Under the pieces are notes generated by a model. The model was not told the origin of the DNA. It did no database searches and worked only from the letters and a program-made list of their open reading frames with translations. A stretch of DNA of 38,608 nucleotides, taken from assembly GCA_964596665.1 (NCBI GenBank), contig CAZQVD010000001.1, forward strand, positions 1 through 38,608, given 5' to 3'. Source of the DNA: an uncultured Dehalococcoidia bacterium. Lineage in GTDB: Bacteria > Chloroflexota > Dehalococcoidia > Lucifugimonadales > Australimonadaceae. The first letter of the stretch is position 1; every line of letters starts with the position of its first letter. Shown here in pieces: positions 25,258 through 33,370 of this stretch. The translations under genes were made by a program, and so were the position numbers.

Positions 25258-26592
25258 ATGCTGTCGACCGCCGACAATGAGCTGCTGACCCGGGTCGGTT
25301 CGGGTACGCCCATGGGCGAGCTCATGCGCCGCTACTGGATACCCGCGGTGCTCTCCCGCGAAGTCGTAGCAGACGGTGTGCCGCACCGTACGCGGCTGCT
25401 GGGGGAAGACCTGTTGGTCTTTCGCGTCACCAGCGGCAGGGTCGGCACCATGCACCCGCTGTGTCCCCACCGGGGTGCGGGCCTCTTCTTCGCCCGCAAC
25501 GAGGAGGAAGGCATTCGGTGCGCGTACCACGGGTGGAAGTTCGACGTGGACGGCGCCTGCCTCGACATGCCCAGCGAGCCGCCGGAGAGCAACTTCCACA
25601 CGAAGGTGAAGCTCAAAACCTACCGGACCGAGGAGCGCAGAGGGCTGATCTGGATCTACCTGGGGCCGAACCAGGACGCGCCTCCTCCGCTGCCGGCGCT
25701 CGAGTGGAACATGGTCCCAGAGGAGCACTGCTACATCACCAAACGGGTGGTCCAGAACAACTACGTGCAGGCGATGGAAGGTGAGATCGACTCATCCCAC
25801 AGCAGCTTCCTGCACTCGAGCTTCAAGGATCCTCATCGTCTGTCGACGAAGCAGGAACAGGGGATGGTATACAAGATGAGGGACCGCCACCCGCGGTTCG
25901 AGGTGGTGGATACGGACTACGGCGTGCTGATCGGCGCCCGCCGCAACGCAGAGGCGGACTCCTACTACTGGCGCGTCACGCAGTTCCTCCTGCCCTTCCA
26001 CACCATCATCCCTCCGTATGGGGCCGACCCGAACTTCAGTGGCCACGCCTGGATACCCATGGACGACACGCACCTAATCGCCATGTGCTTCACCTACAAC
26101 CCGGTGCGCCCGCTGACCGAGCAGGAGATTGAGTTCCTGAAGCACAACCGTGATGGGCAGCAAGGCCTGCACCCGACAGTCGATGGATTCCTGTCGCATA
26201 TCGCCAATCGCCCCGAAGGTGACTGGTGGCCGAAGAATCACATCGATGTGGACTTCAACGTGGACTGGGATCTGCAACGCGCGACGCAGTACTCGGGGTT
26301 GCCCGGCATCTGGGTTCAGGATTCAGGGATGCAGGAGACGATGGGGTCCATAGTGGACCGCACCAGCGAGCACCTGGGGATCAGCGACAGCGCCATCATC
26401 CGCACCCGGCGCAGCCTGATTAGAGCAGCCCGCACGCTGGACGAGCACGGCATCGAGCCGGCGACCGTTCGTGACGCATCGCTGTTCAACATACGGTCGG
26501 CCACGGCCGTCCTACCGAGGGCGGAAGGCTGGGTCGAGGGCACCGAGAAGTTTCGCGAGTGTCTGGCGGGCGTGAACTTCGCGGCGGTCTGA
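25258..26592 (+). CDS. Rieske [2Fe-2S] non-heme-iron oxygenase, alpha-subunit type
   Basis: 444 aa. Rieske motif CPHRG...CAYHGW. Mononuclear iron motif EGEIDSSHSSFLH (D-x2-H-x4-H). TATACT lies 6 nt upstream of the ATG with no SD. Confidence 0.88.
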   Translation: MLSTADNELLTRVGSGTPMGELMRRYWIPAVLSREVVADGVPHRTRLLGEDLLVFRVTSGRVGTMHPLCPHRGAGLFFARNEEEGIRCAYHGWKFDVDGACLDMPSEPPESNFHTKVKLKTYRTEERRGLIWIYLGPNQDAPPPLPALEWNMVPEEHCYITKRVVQNNYVQAMEGEIDSSHSSFLHSSFKDPHRLSTKQEQGMVYKMRDRHPRFEVVDTDYGVLIGARRNAEADSYYWRVTQFLLPFHTIIPPYGADPNFSGHAWIPMDDTHLIAMCFTYNPVRPLTEQEIEFLKHNRDGQQGLHPTVDGFLSHIANRPEGDWWPKNHIDVDFNVDWDLQRATQYSGLPGIWVQDSGMQETMGSIVDRTSEHLGISDSAIIRTRRSLIRAARTLDEHGIEPATVRDASLFNIRSATAVLPRAEGWVEGTEKFRECLAGVNFAAV

Positions 26593-26618
26593 GGACCGCG
26601 CACCGGTACCTGGACCCG

Positions 26619-27482
26619 CTAGACGGGCACCACGAGGTCCGCTCGCTCGTCCGGCTCGTGAGGCTCTGCAAGCTGTACGACATACCCTTCTCGGACCGCT
26701 CCAGTGGCCGCGTCTAACTCCGGAGCGCGTCCCTCGAACGTCACGTCACCGCGCGTAAAGGCGATGCCCACCCATGCGGCCATCGCCGCGTCTAGCTGGT
26801 CCACGGAGGGCAGGTCGGACGAGTCGAACGTCAGATCCAACGACTGGAGCAGCTCGAACCGAGCGCGCCGGCCGTCAAGCGTTCGTTTCGGCGGCAACGG
26901 ATGCTCGGAGATGCGCTTCCACGCGGACCCGGGAAAAACCTCGATCAGGTTCGCGTCGGTGGGCACGACCCCTTCCAGCCCCAGCAATCGGAATCGGCTG
27001 CCGTTCATCACCAACTGATGAAACAGCTTTACGCTGCCGGTAATCAGCCCGGTGTACGGGCGCCCATCCGTCGGCAGAGCATAGGGCGTGTGCCCCGGTG
27101 CGTTGACCAGGCGTTCGGAGATGCGCATCGTCGCACCGGGCTCGCCAGCGAGCCCCTGAGGGCCGTCAATCGCCAGGATGAAGGAGCGGCCTAGCGCCCG
27201 CAGGGGCACGATGCCGCTGCCGTCCTCTTTGTAGTTCCAGCTGTCGAACGTGCAATGCAGCGACGGGTCGATCACGGCCGCATCGCAAGGCCGAGGCTTC
27301 TTCACGGTCGGATCGGAGAGGTCCAGGCCGATACAATAGCGGCCCAGCGATGCCTCTCGGTCGCCCTGACCTGCACGTCGCAGCGACCGGCGCCGCCGCC
27401 ACTTGGCGACGTATCTCGCTGTCACCGCGGCCGCCACGAGAGAGGCGCCCGCTGCACCGTACCAGCGCGTCGAGATATTCAT
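26619..27482 (-). CDS. DUF429/COG2410-like predicted RNase H-fold nuclease with N-terminal TM anchor
   Basis: 287 aa. Motifs CIGLDLS, ILAIDGPQGL, EVFPGSAWKRI and DQLDAAMAAW fit the DUF429 pattern as I remember it. The N-terminal hydrophobic segment GAAGASLVAAAVTARYVA is followed by RRRR. Confidence 0.6.
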   Translation of the reverse strand: MNISTRWYGAAGASLVAAAVTARYVAKWRRRRSLRRAGQGDREASLGRYCIGLDLSDPTVKKPRPCDAAVIDPSLHCTFDSWNYKEDGSGIVPLRALGRSFILAIDGPQGLAGEPGATMRISERLVNAPGHTPYALPTDGRPYTGLITGSVKLFHQLVMNGSRFRLLGLEGVVPTDANLIEVFPGSAWKRISEHPLPPKRTLDGRRARFELLQSLDLTFDSSDLPSVDQLDAAMAAWVGIAFTRGDVTFEGRAPELDAATGAVREGYVVQLAEPHEPDERADLVVPV

Positions 27483-27563
27483 GGGAACATTCTACGAGAG
27501 CGCGGGCCCTCAGCCATACCGCCCTGCTGCGAGATCGCGCCAATCCACCGTGCGGCGGCGCGC

Positions 27564-28010
27564 CTAGCCGTGCTGCGCGTCCAACCAGGCCTGGAGGATG
27601 ACCGCTGCAGCGGCAGCATCGATAGCGCCTTTCGGGGCTCGCTTGCCCTTCGCTCTGCCCCGTTGGCCTCGTCGTTGCTGCCCTGGGACCTCCCGCATGA
27701 GACGCCCCGCCTCCACCGTCGTCAGCCGCTCGTCCATGGTCACGATGGGCATGATGGTGTGGGAGCGCAGGCGAATAATGAAGGCAGCAACCGACTCCGC
27801 CTGCGGGCCCTTGCGGCCGTTCATGGACAGCGGCATACCAACCACCAGTGTCTCGGCGCCGTGCGACTCGGCCTCATCGAGGACCGCCCGCCAGTCCACG
27901 TCCGACCCGGTGCGATCGAGGACGCCGATGGGCACGGCGACACGGCTTTCGGAGTCGCCCACGGCCAAGCCGATACGCCGGTCGCCAACGTCGAGGCCTA
28001 TGGCGCGCAT
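27564..28010 (-). CDS. ruvX: Putative pre-16S rRNA nuclease / Holliday-junction-resolvase-like YqgF
   Basis: 148 aa. MRAIGLDVGDRRIGLAVGD..., GMPLSMNG. Conserved position directly after alaS. Confidence 0.92.
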   Translation of the reverse strand: MRAIGLDVGDRRIGLAVGDSESRVAVPIGVLDRTGSDVDWRAVLDEAESHGAETLVVGMPLSMNGRKGPQAESVAAFIIRLRSHTIMPIVTMDERLTTVEAGRLMREVPGQQRRGQRGRAKGKRAPKGAIDAAAAAVILQAWLDAQHG

Positions 28011-28013
28011 GGC

Positions 28014-30659
28014 CTAGCTTCCCTGCTCGCGCACTACGGTCACGGCCGTCTCCAGCGCCTCGTCGAGCTTGGAGGCGTCCTTGCCACCCGCCTGGGCAAG
28101 CTGTGGCCTGCCGCCACCGCGACCGCCTATGGGGCCGGCGGCCGCCTTGACGATGTCTCCGGCGCTGTAGCCGCGGGCGACCAGATCCTGCGTGACCATG
28201 GTGAGCACCGTGGGGCGGTCGCCGTCCTTACCGGATACGACGGCGCCAAGCACCACGATGGCACTGCCGAGCTTGTCGCGCAGCCAATCCCCGGTCTCGC
28301 GGAGCGTTTCGGAGTCGTTCGCGGAGGACCGGGCGGCGAGCACCGTCACTCCGTTCACCTCATGGGCCTTCTCCAGGAGGCCTTCCGCCTCGTCGCGGGA
28401 GGCCTCCCGCTGCCCGGCCGATGCTGTCTTACGCGCCTCCTCGGCCTGCGCCAGCAGCGCGTCGACCCGCTGGGCAGCCTCGGCGGGGGCGACATGCAAC
28501 TTGGCAGCGACTTCGTCGAGCATCGCGAGGCGTTGGGCGACCCAGACGTCGGCGCCGCGACCGGTGACCGCTTCGATGCGGCGGACTCCCGTGCCGACGC
28601 TGCCCTCGGCGATCACGCGGAAGGTGCCGATCTGCCCGGTGCGGTCGAGGTGCGTGCCGCCGCAGAGCTCGAAGCTGACGGGCGAATCCTCGCCGATCTG
28701 GATAGTGCGCACCGTCTCGCCGTAGCGCTCGCCGAAAAAGGCGAGTGCTCCGCGGGCGACGGCTTCGCGATGCGACTCCTCGCGCTTGACCAGCGCCAGG
28801 TCGCCTCGCACCTCATCGTTCACGGTACGCTCGATCCGCGTGAGCTCTTCCGGGTCCACCGCGGCCACGTGGGTGAAGTCGAACCGCAGCCGGTCGGGCG
28901 CGACCAGCGAGCCGGCCTGGCGCACGTGCGTGCCGAGCACATCGCGCAGCACCGCATGCAGCAGATGTGTCGCGGTGTGATTGCGCATGATGTCCAGTCG
29001 GCGGCCGGCGTCGACCGCGACGTGGACCGCCTCGCCGACGGACAACGTGCCGTTGACGATCGTCACGCGGTGCGAGATCAGATCGCCCACCGGACGCTGG
29101 GTGTCAGTGATGCTCGCCTCGGCGCCGGCTGATCCCGTCATGGCACCGGCATCGCCCACCTGCCCTCCACCCTCGGCATAGAAGGGGGTGCGGTCAAGCA
29201 CGATTTCCACCTCGTCGCCGACGCTTGCGGTCTGCGCCAGCTCGCCGTCCTTCAGCATGCCGGCGATGGTGGCGTCGGCCTCCAGCGACTCGTAGCCCAG
29301 AAACTCAGTCGCCGTTGTGTTGAGGGTGCCGTAGAGGCGGTCGAGGTCTCGGCCGGCGCTGAAACGCGCCGCCGACCTTCCACGCTTGCGCTGCGCGTCC
29401 ATCTCGCGCTCGAAGCCTTCGACGTCCACGTCGAGTCCCTGCTCACGCGCGACCTCCTGGGTCAGCTCCAGCGGGAAGCCGTAGGTGTCGTACAGCAAGA
29501 AAGCGTCCTTGCCTGAAACCGGCTGGCCAGCCGCGACCATCCCTTCCAGCAACGGCATGCCAAGGGCGATCGCCTCGGCAAATCGCTCCTCCTCCGATTC
29601 CAGCGAGCGCAGCACGAAGCGACGGTGCTCGACCAACTCTGGGTAGCGCTCGCCCATCCGATCGACGACCGCCTCCGCGACTCTGGTCATGAACGGCTGG
29701 TCGATGCCCAGCTTGCGCGCGAACCGGATGCCGCGGCGGATCACCTTGCGCAGCACGTAGCCACGGCCCTCGTTGGCCGGCACCACGCCGTCGGCGATGA
29801 GGAACGTGGCGCTGCGCGTGTGCTCCGTCACCACGCGAACCGCGAAATCCTTCTCTTCGTCGACGCCATACGTGAGCCCGGAGATCTGCTCCACGCGTTG
29901 GACCACTGGCTTCAGCAGGTCGGTCTCGTAGGCCGACGGTACGCCTTGCACGATGGCGGTGACGCGCTCCAGGCCGAGGCCTGTATCGATGCCGGGCGTG
30001 GGCATGTCGGTGCGCGTGCCGTCCTTGGCCTGGATGAATTGCGGGAAGACGAGGTTCCATATCTCGACGAATCTGCCCACCGGGTCGTCGCAGGGTGTCA
30101 CATCGCCCGCGTCGGGATGGAGGTCGTAGTGGATCTCGCTGGAGGGTCCACATGCGCCCTCGTCTCCCGCTGGCCCCCAGAAGTTGTCCTTGTCGCCGCA
30201 CCGCGTCATACGGCTCTCGGGCACGCCGATGTCGTCGCGCCACATGGCGTAGGCCTCGTCGTCGGTGTGGTGCACCGTGACCCAGAGGCGCTCGGCGGGG
30301 AAATCCATGACGCTGGTGAGGAACTCCCACGCCCAGGCGATCGCCTCGCGCTTGAAGTAGTCGCCGATGCTGAAGTTGCCGAGCATCTCGAACATGGTGT
30401 GATGCGTTCGGTCGCCGACCAGGTCGATGTCGGTGGTGCGGAAGCACTTTTGCGCGGACGTAAGGCGCTTGTTGGGCGGGGTCTCGTCGCCGGCGTAGTA
30501 GGGCTTGAATGGCGCCATGCCGGCGGGCGTGAGCAGGAGCGTCGGATCTTTCGCGGGTATCAGCGAGGCGCTGGGCATGATGAGGTGCCCTCGCTCTTCG
30601 AAGAAGCGCAGGTAGGCGTCGCGGATGTCGTCGCCAGAGGTCGGTCGCTCGGGGCTCAA
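28014..30659 (-). CDS. alaS: Alanine--tRNA ligase
   Basis: 881 aa. FFEERGH, an editing domain with HTATHLLH, and a C-terminal DHHA1-like domain. TTG start. Confidence 0.98.
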   Translation of the reverse strand: MSPERPTSGDDIRDAYLRFFEERGHLIMPSASLIPAKDPTLLLTPAGMAPFKPYYAGDETPPNKRLTSAQKCFRTTDIDLVGDRTHHTMFEMLGNFSIGDYFKREAIAWAWEFLTSVMDFPAERLWVTVHHTDDEAYAMWRDDIGVPESRMTRCGDKDNFWGPAGDEGACGPSSEIHYDLHPDAGDVTPCDDPVGRFVEIWNLVFPQFIQAKDGTRTDMPTPGIDTGLGLERVTAIVQGVPSAYETDLLKPVVQRVEQISGLTYGVDEEKDFAVRVVTEHTRSATFLIADGVVPANEGRGYVLRKVIRRGIRFARKLGIDQPFMTRVAEAVVDRMGERYPELVEHRRFVLRSLESEEERFAEAIALGMPLLEGMVAAGQPVSGKDAFLLYDTYGFPLELTQEVAREQGLDVDVEGFEREMDAQRKRGRSAARFSAGRDLDRLYGTLNTTATEFLGYESLEADATIAGMLKDGELAQTASVGDEVEIVLDRTPFYAEGGGQVGDAGAMTGSAGAEASITDTQRPVGDLISHRVTIVNGTLSVGEAVHVAVDAGRRLDIMRNHTATHLLHAVLRDVLGTHVRQAGSLVAPDRLRFDFTHVAAVDPEELTRIERTVNDEVRGDLALVKREESHREAVARGALAFFGERYGETVRTIQIGEDSPVSFELCGGTHLDRTGQIGTFRVIAEGSVGTGVRRIEAVTGRGADVWVAQRLAMLDEVAAKLHVAPAEAAQRVDALLAQAEEARKTASAGQREASRDEAEGLLEKAHEVNGVTVLAARSSANDSETLRETGDWLRDKLGSAIVVLGAVVSGKDGDRPTVLTMVTQDLVARGYSAGDIVKAAAGPIGGRGGGRPQLAQAGGKDASKLDEALETAVTVVREQGS

Positions 30660-30738
30660 GGGGTGGTGCTCCGCCGGTCCGGGATGCCGTGCACCAGGCC
30701 ACGAAGCGGTTCGTGGGCCATGGGCCCGCTGAGCATAA

Positions 30739-30768
30739 AGTCTACGTTTCGGCCCGAAGAGGTGTCAA
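30739..30768 (-). promoter_or_regulatory. alaS promoter
   Basis: Minus strand reads TTGACA (30763-30768), an 18-nt spacer, then TAGACT (30739-30744). This would leave a leader of about 70 nt. Confidence 0.55.
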
Positions 30769-30837
30769 TCGGACGGAGCGCGGCCGCGGGTGCTGCGTTT
30801 CTGGCTTTCCAGCAGGCCACGGCCTGATAAACAAGGT

Positions 30838-30866
30838 TTGACGCCCCCTTAGGCCTATGGTAGGTT
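30838..30866 (+). promoter_or_regulatory. otsA promoter
   Basis: TTGACG (30838-30843), a 17-nt spacer, then TAGGTT (30861-30866). Back-to-back with the alaS promoter. Confidence 0.45.
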
Positions 30867-31043
30867 GCCCTCACGCTGGGGGCCGGATTGGCGCGCTGCA
30901 AACCCGATGGGAACCTCCCAGTGGCGCGAGTTGATCAGCATGTGGCGGCAAGCCATGGTGAGCTTGCCACCGACCCAGCGTTGCACGTGGCCGCCGCGAG
31001 CCGGCGTTCGCAAGCAGGGAAGGCTGACTTGGCGCAAAGCTCG

Positions 31044-32555
31044 ATGGTGGAGAAGCGGTCCCGCGACTCTCTGTGGGCTCTTACGGACGAGCTTCTCAGC
31101 GACCATCGCCTCATCCTCGTCTCCAACCGGGGCCCCATGGAGTACCACGCCCAGCACAATGGGACCCTGATGCCGCGGCGTGGGTCTGGAGGCGTGGTGA
31201 CCGCGCTCAGCGGACTCACCAATCACGTGGATTTCACCTGGATCGCCTCCGCGATGGGAGAGGGCGACCGTCGTATCGTCGAGGAACACGGCGGCAAATC
31301 GGTGCGCTCGCCGCTGCCGGGCCAGCAGGTGTCCGTGCGGTTCGTACCTACCCCCCGACGGGCCTACCACAAGTACTACAACGTCATCTGCAATCCGCTG
31401 CTGTGGTTCCTCCAGCACTACATGTGGAGCTCCCCTTACACCCCACGGGTCGATGCCACCGTGTACGACGCGTGGGAGAACGGTTACGTTCTGGTGAACC
31501 AAGAGTTCGCCGACGCGGTGCTGGAAGAGGCTGCCCAGTCCACGTTGCAGCCACTGGTGATGGTGCACGACTACCACCTTTACCTGGTGCCGCGCATGGT
31601 GCGCGAGCGCCTGCCCGGTGCCCGGATCCATCACTTCATCCACATACCTTGGCCCGCGTCGAGCTACTGGGAGTTGTTGCCCGCGTTGATGCGGACGTCG
31701 ATCTGCGACAGCCTCTGTGCTGCCGACATCGTCGGCTTCCAGGCCGAGCGCGATGTGCGTGCGTTCCTGGAGAGCTGCGACTCGTTCCTCGATGGCGCGG
31801 AGGTCGACTATCGCGAGCATACGGTCAGCTACCGTGGCCGTGTCGCTCAGGTTCGCTCCTACCCCATCTCCATAGATGTGGACGAGGTCCGGCAAATCGC
31901 GATCTCTCCTCGAGCGGCGGAGTACGAAGTGCGCCTACGGCCGCAGCTCGGCAACCAGACGGTCGTGCGCGTGGACCGCGCAGAGCCCAGCAAGAACATC
32001 GTGCGCGGCTTCATGGCGTACGACATCCTGCTGGAGCGCAACCCCGATCTCATCGGACAGGTGCGCTTCCTGGCGTTCCTCGTGCCCTCCCGCACTCATA
32101 TCCGCCAATACCAGCGCTACATGGAGGAGATCGACGCCTCGGTTAAACACCTGAATGAGAAGTACGGTCGCGACGGCTGGCAGCCGGTACAGTTGTTCTA
32201 CGAGAACAACTACATCCAGGCCATCGCCGGGATGCGCCTCTACGACGTGTTGCTGGTGAACTCGGTGATCGACGGCATGAATCTCGTTGCGAAAGAGGGC
32301 CCAGTGGTCAACAGGCGCGACGGGGTGCTGATCCTCTCGGAGGCGGCGGGCGCCTACGAGCAGCTCCGCGAAGGGGCGCTGCCCGTCGCACCGGCCGACA
32401 TCGAGGGCACCGCGCGCGCACTCGAGCAGGCGCTCAAGATGTCAGCCGACGAACGCGCGTGGCGGGCCAAGAAGATGACCGACCAGATCGAGCAGCACGA
32501 CATCACGAGCTGGCTCTACCGTCAGATCTCGGATCTGAGCACTCTCGCGGCCTAG
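31044..32555 (+). CDS. otsA: Alpha,alpha-trehalose-phosphate synthase (GT20)
   Basis: Homology starts near HRLILVSNRGP and continues through the GT20 core (FIHIPWP, VNSVIDGMNLVAKE). ATG 31044 chosen. An in-frame TTG at 31029, 5 nt after GGGAAGG, is an alternative. The track's 30888 start looks non-coding. Confidence 0.9.
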   Translation: MVEKRSRDSLWALTDELLSDHRLILVSNRGPMEYHAQHNGTLMPRRGSGGVVTALSGLTNHVDFTWIASAMGEGDRRIVEEHGGKSVRSPLPGQQVSVRFVPTPRRAYHKYYNVICNPLLWFLQHYMWSSPYTPRVDATVYDAWENGYVLVNQEFADAVLEEAAQSTLQPLVMVHDYHLYLVPRMVRERLPGARIHHFIHIPWPASSYWELLPALMRTSICDSLCAADIVGFQAERDVRAFLESCDSFLDGAEVDYREHTVSYRGRVAQVRSYPISIDVDEVRQIAISPRAAEYEVRLRPQLGNQTVVRVDRAEPSKNIVRGFMAYDILLERNPDLIGQVRFLAFLVPSRTHIRQYQRYMEEIDASVKHLNEKYGRDGWQPVQLFYENNYIQAIAGMRLYDVLLVNSVIDGMNLVAKEGPVVNRRDGVLILSEAAGAYEQLREGALPVAPADIEGTARALEQALKMSADERAWRAKKMTDQIEQHDITSWLYRQISDLSTLAA

Positions 32556-33370
32556 CCGCCTCCCTCGACGGTATCCGCTGCCCAGTACAGGAACTCCTCC
32601 AGCGCGCCGACACCATCCACGCGATAGTCCGCGGCTGCAGGGACTGCGGCCGGTGTATCGACGCCGGTCACCGCGACGCTCGCGCCCGCGACCTTCCTCG
32701 CATCTCGCAACGTCCTCAATGCGTCGAATGCGTCGACGTCGGTCCGGTCGTCACCGAACATGATCACGGAGCGCAGGCCGCGCGAATCCACCAAGTGAGT
32801 GAGCGCTGTGCCCTTGTCTATCCGCAAGGGTGGGCGAATCTCCACGACCATCTTCCCCTCATGGATAGCGAGATCGTCCCCCATGCCGGGGCCCGTCAGC
32901 AAGGCCAGGATGGAGCGCCTGGATTCGGCGGGTGACGGCGTGCCGCGGTAGTGGATAGAGACCGACGGCCCTTTGTCCTCGATGTAGATCCCTGGAATCA
33001 TCCCCAGCGCATCCGCGGCGAGGCCGACGAGGCGATGCATCCGTTCGACGTAGGGACCAACATCCGGCAGCAGCTCAGCCCGGCCATTCTCCCACCACTC
33101 CGCGCCGTGATTTCCGGCGTAGGCTAGGGCATCTATCGCGACGATGCGGCGAGCCGAAGCCACGTCGCGGCCGGTGAGGATCGCGACCGTGGCCGATGAG
33201 GCCAGCCTGCCCAACACCGCGCGCATCGATGGTGTGACGACGGTCGAGGCCGGATCCTCCACGACAGGGGTCAGCGTGCCGTCGAGATCGAACAGCAATC
33301 CGAGATGCGGGCGAAGCAGCAACTCCCGGATCGCGGGAAGGCTCGCCAGCGGGTCGAGCGGGCCGGTCAT
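32552..33370 (-). CDS. otsB: Trehalose-phosphatase (HAD family)
   Basis: 272 aa. HAD motif I LLFDLDGTL and motif IV FGDDRTD. Its stop overlaps the otsA stop in a shared CTAG. Confidence 0.9.
   Translation of the reverse strand: MTGPLDPLASLPAIRELLLRPHLGLLFDLDGTLTPVVEDPASTVVTPSMRAVLGRLASSATVAILTGRDVASARRIVAIDALAYAGNHGAEWWENGRAELLPDVGPYVERMHRLVGLAADALGMIPGIYIEDKGPSVSIHYRGTPSPAESRRSILALLTGPGMGDDLAIHEGKMVVEIRPPLRIDKGTALTHLVDSRGLRSVIMFGDDRTDVDAFDALRTLRDARKVAGASVAVTGVDTPAAVPAAADYRVDGVGALEEFLYWAADTVEGGG

Noticed and set aside
27255-30827. 625-aa and 400-aa plus-strand ORFs and a 419-aa minus-strand alternative-frame ORF over alaS.
   Set aside because: They overlap alaS and ruvX. Their low-complexity Arg/Gly/Ala composition marks them as frame shadows.
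30660-30860. T-box riboswitch upstream of alaS.
   Set aside because: The predicted leader is only about 70 nt. I found no Stem I features (K-turn, AG bulge, specifier loop with GCU/GCC). Only a loose resemblance to the T-box sequence (UGGUGCACGG) is present.
30855-32146. 346-aa minus-strand and 357-aa plus-strand ORFs over otsA.
   Set aside because: Same reasoning as above: only the otsA frame carries recognisable GT20 motifs.
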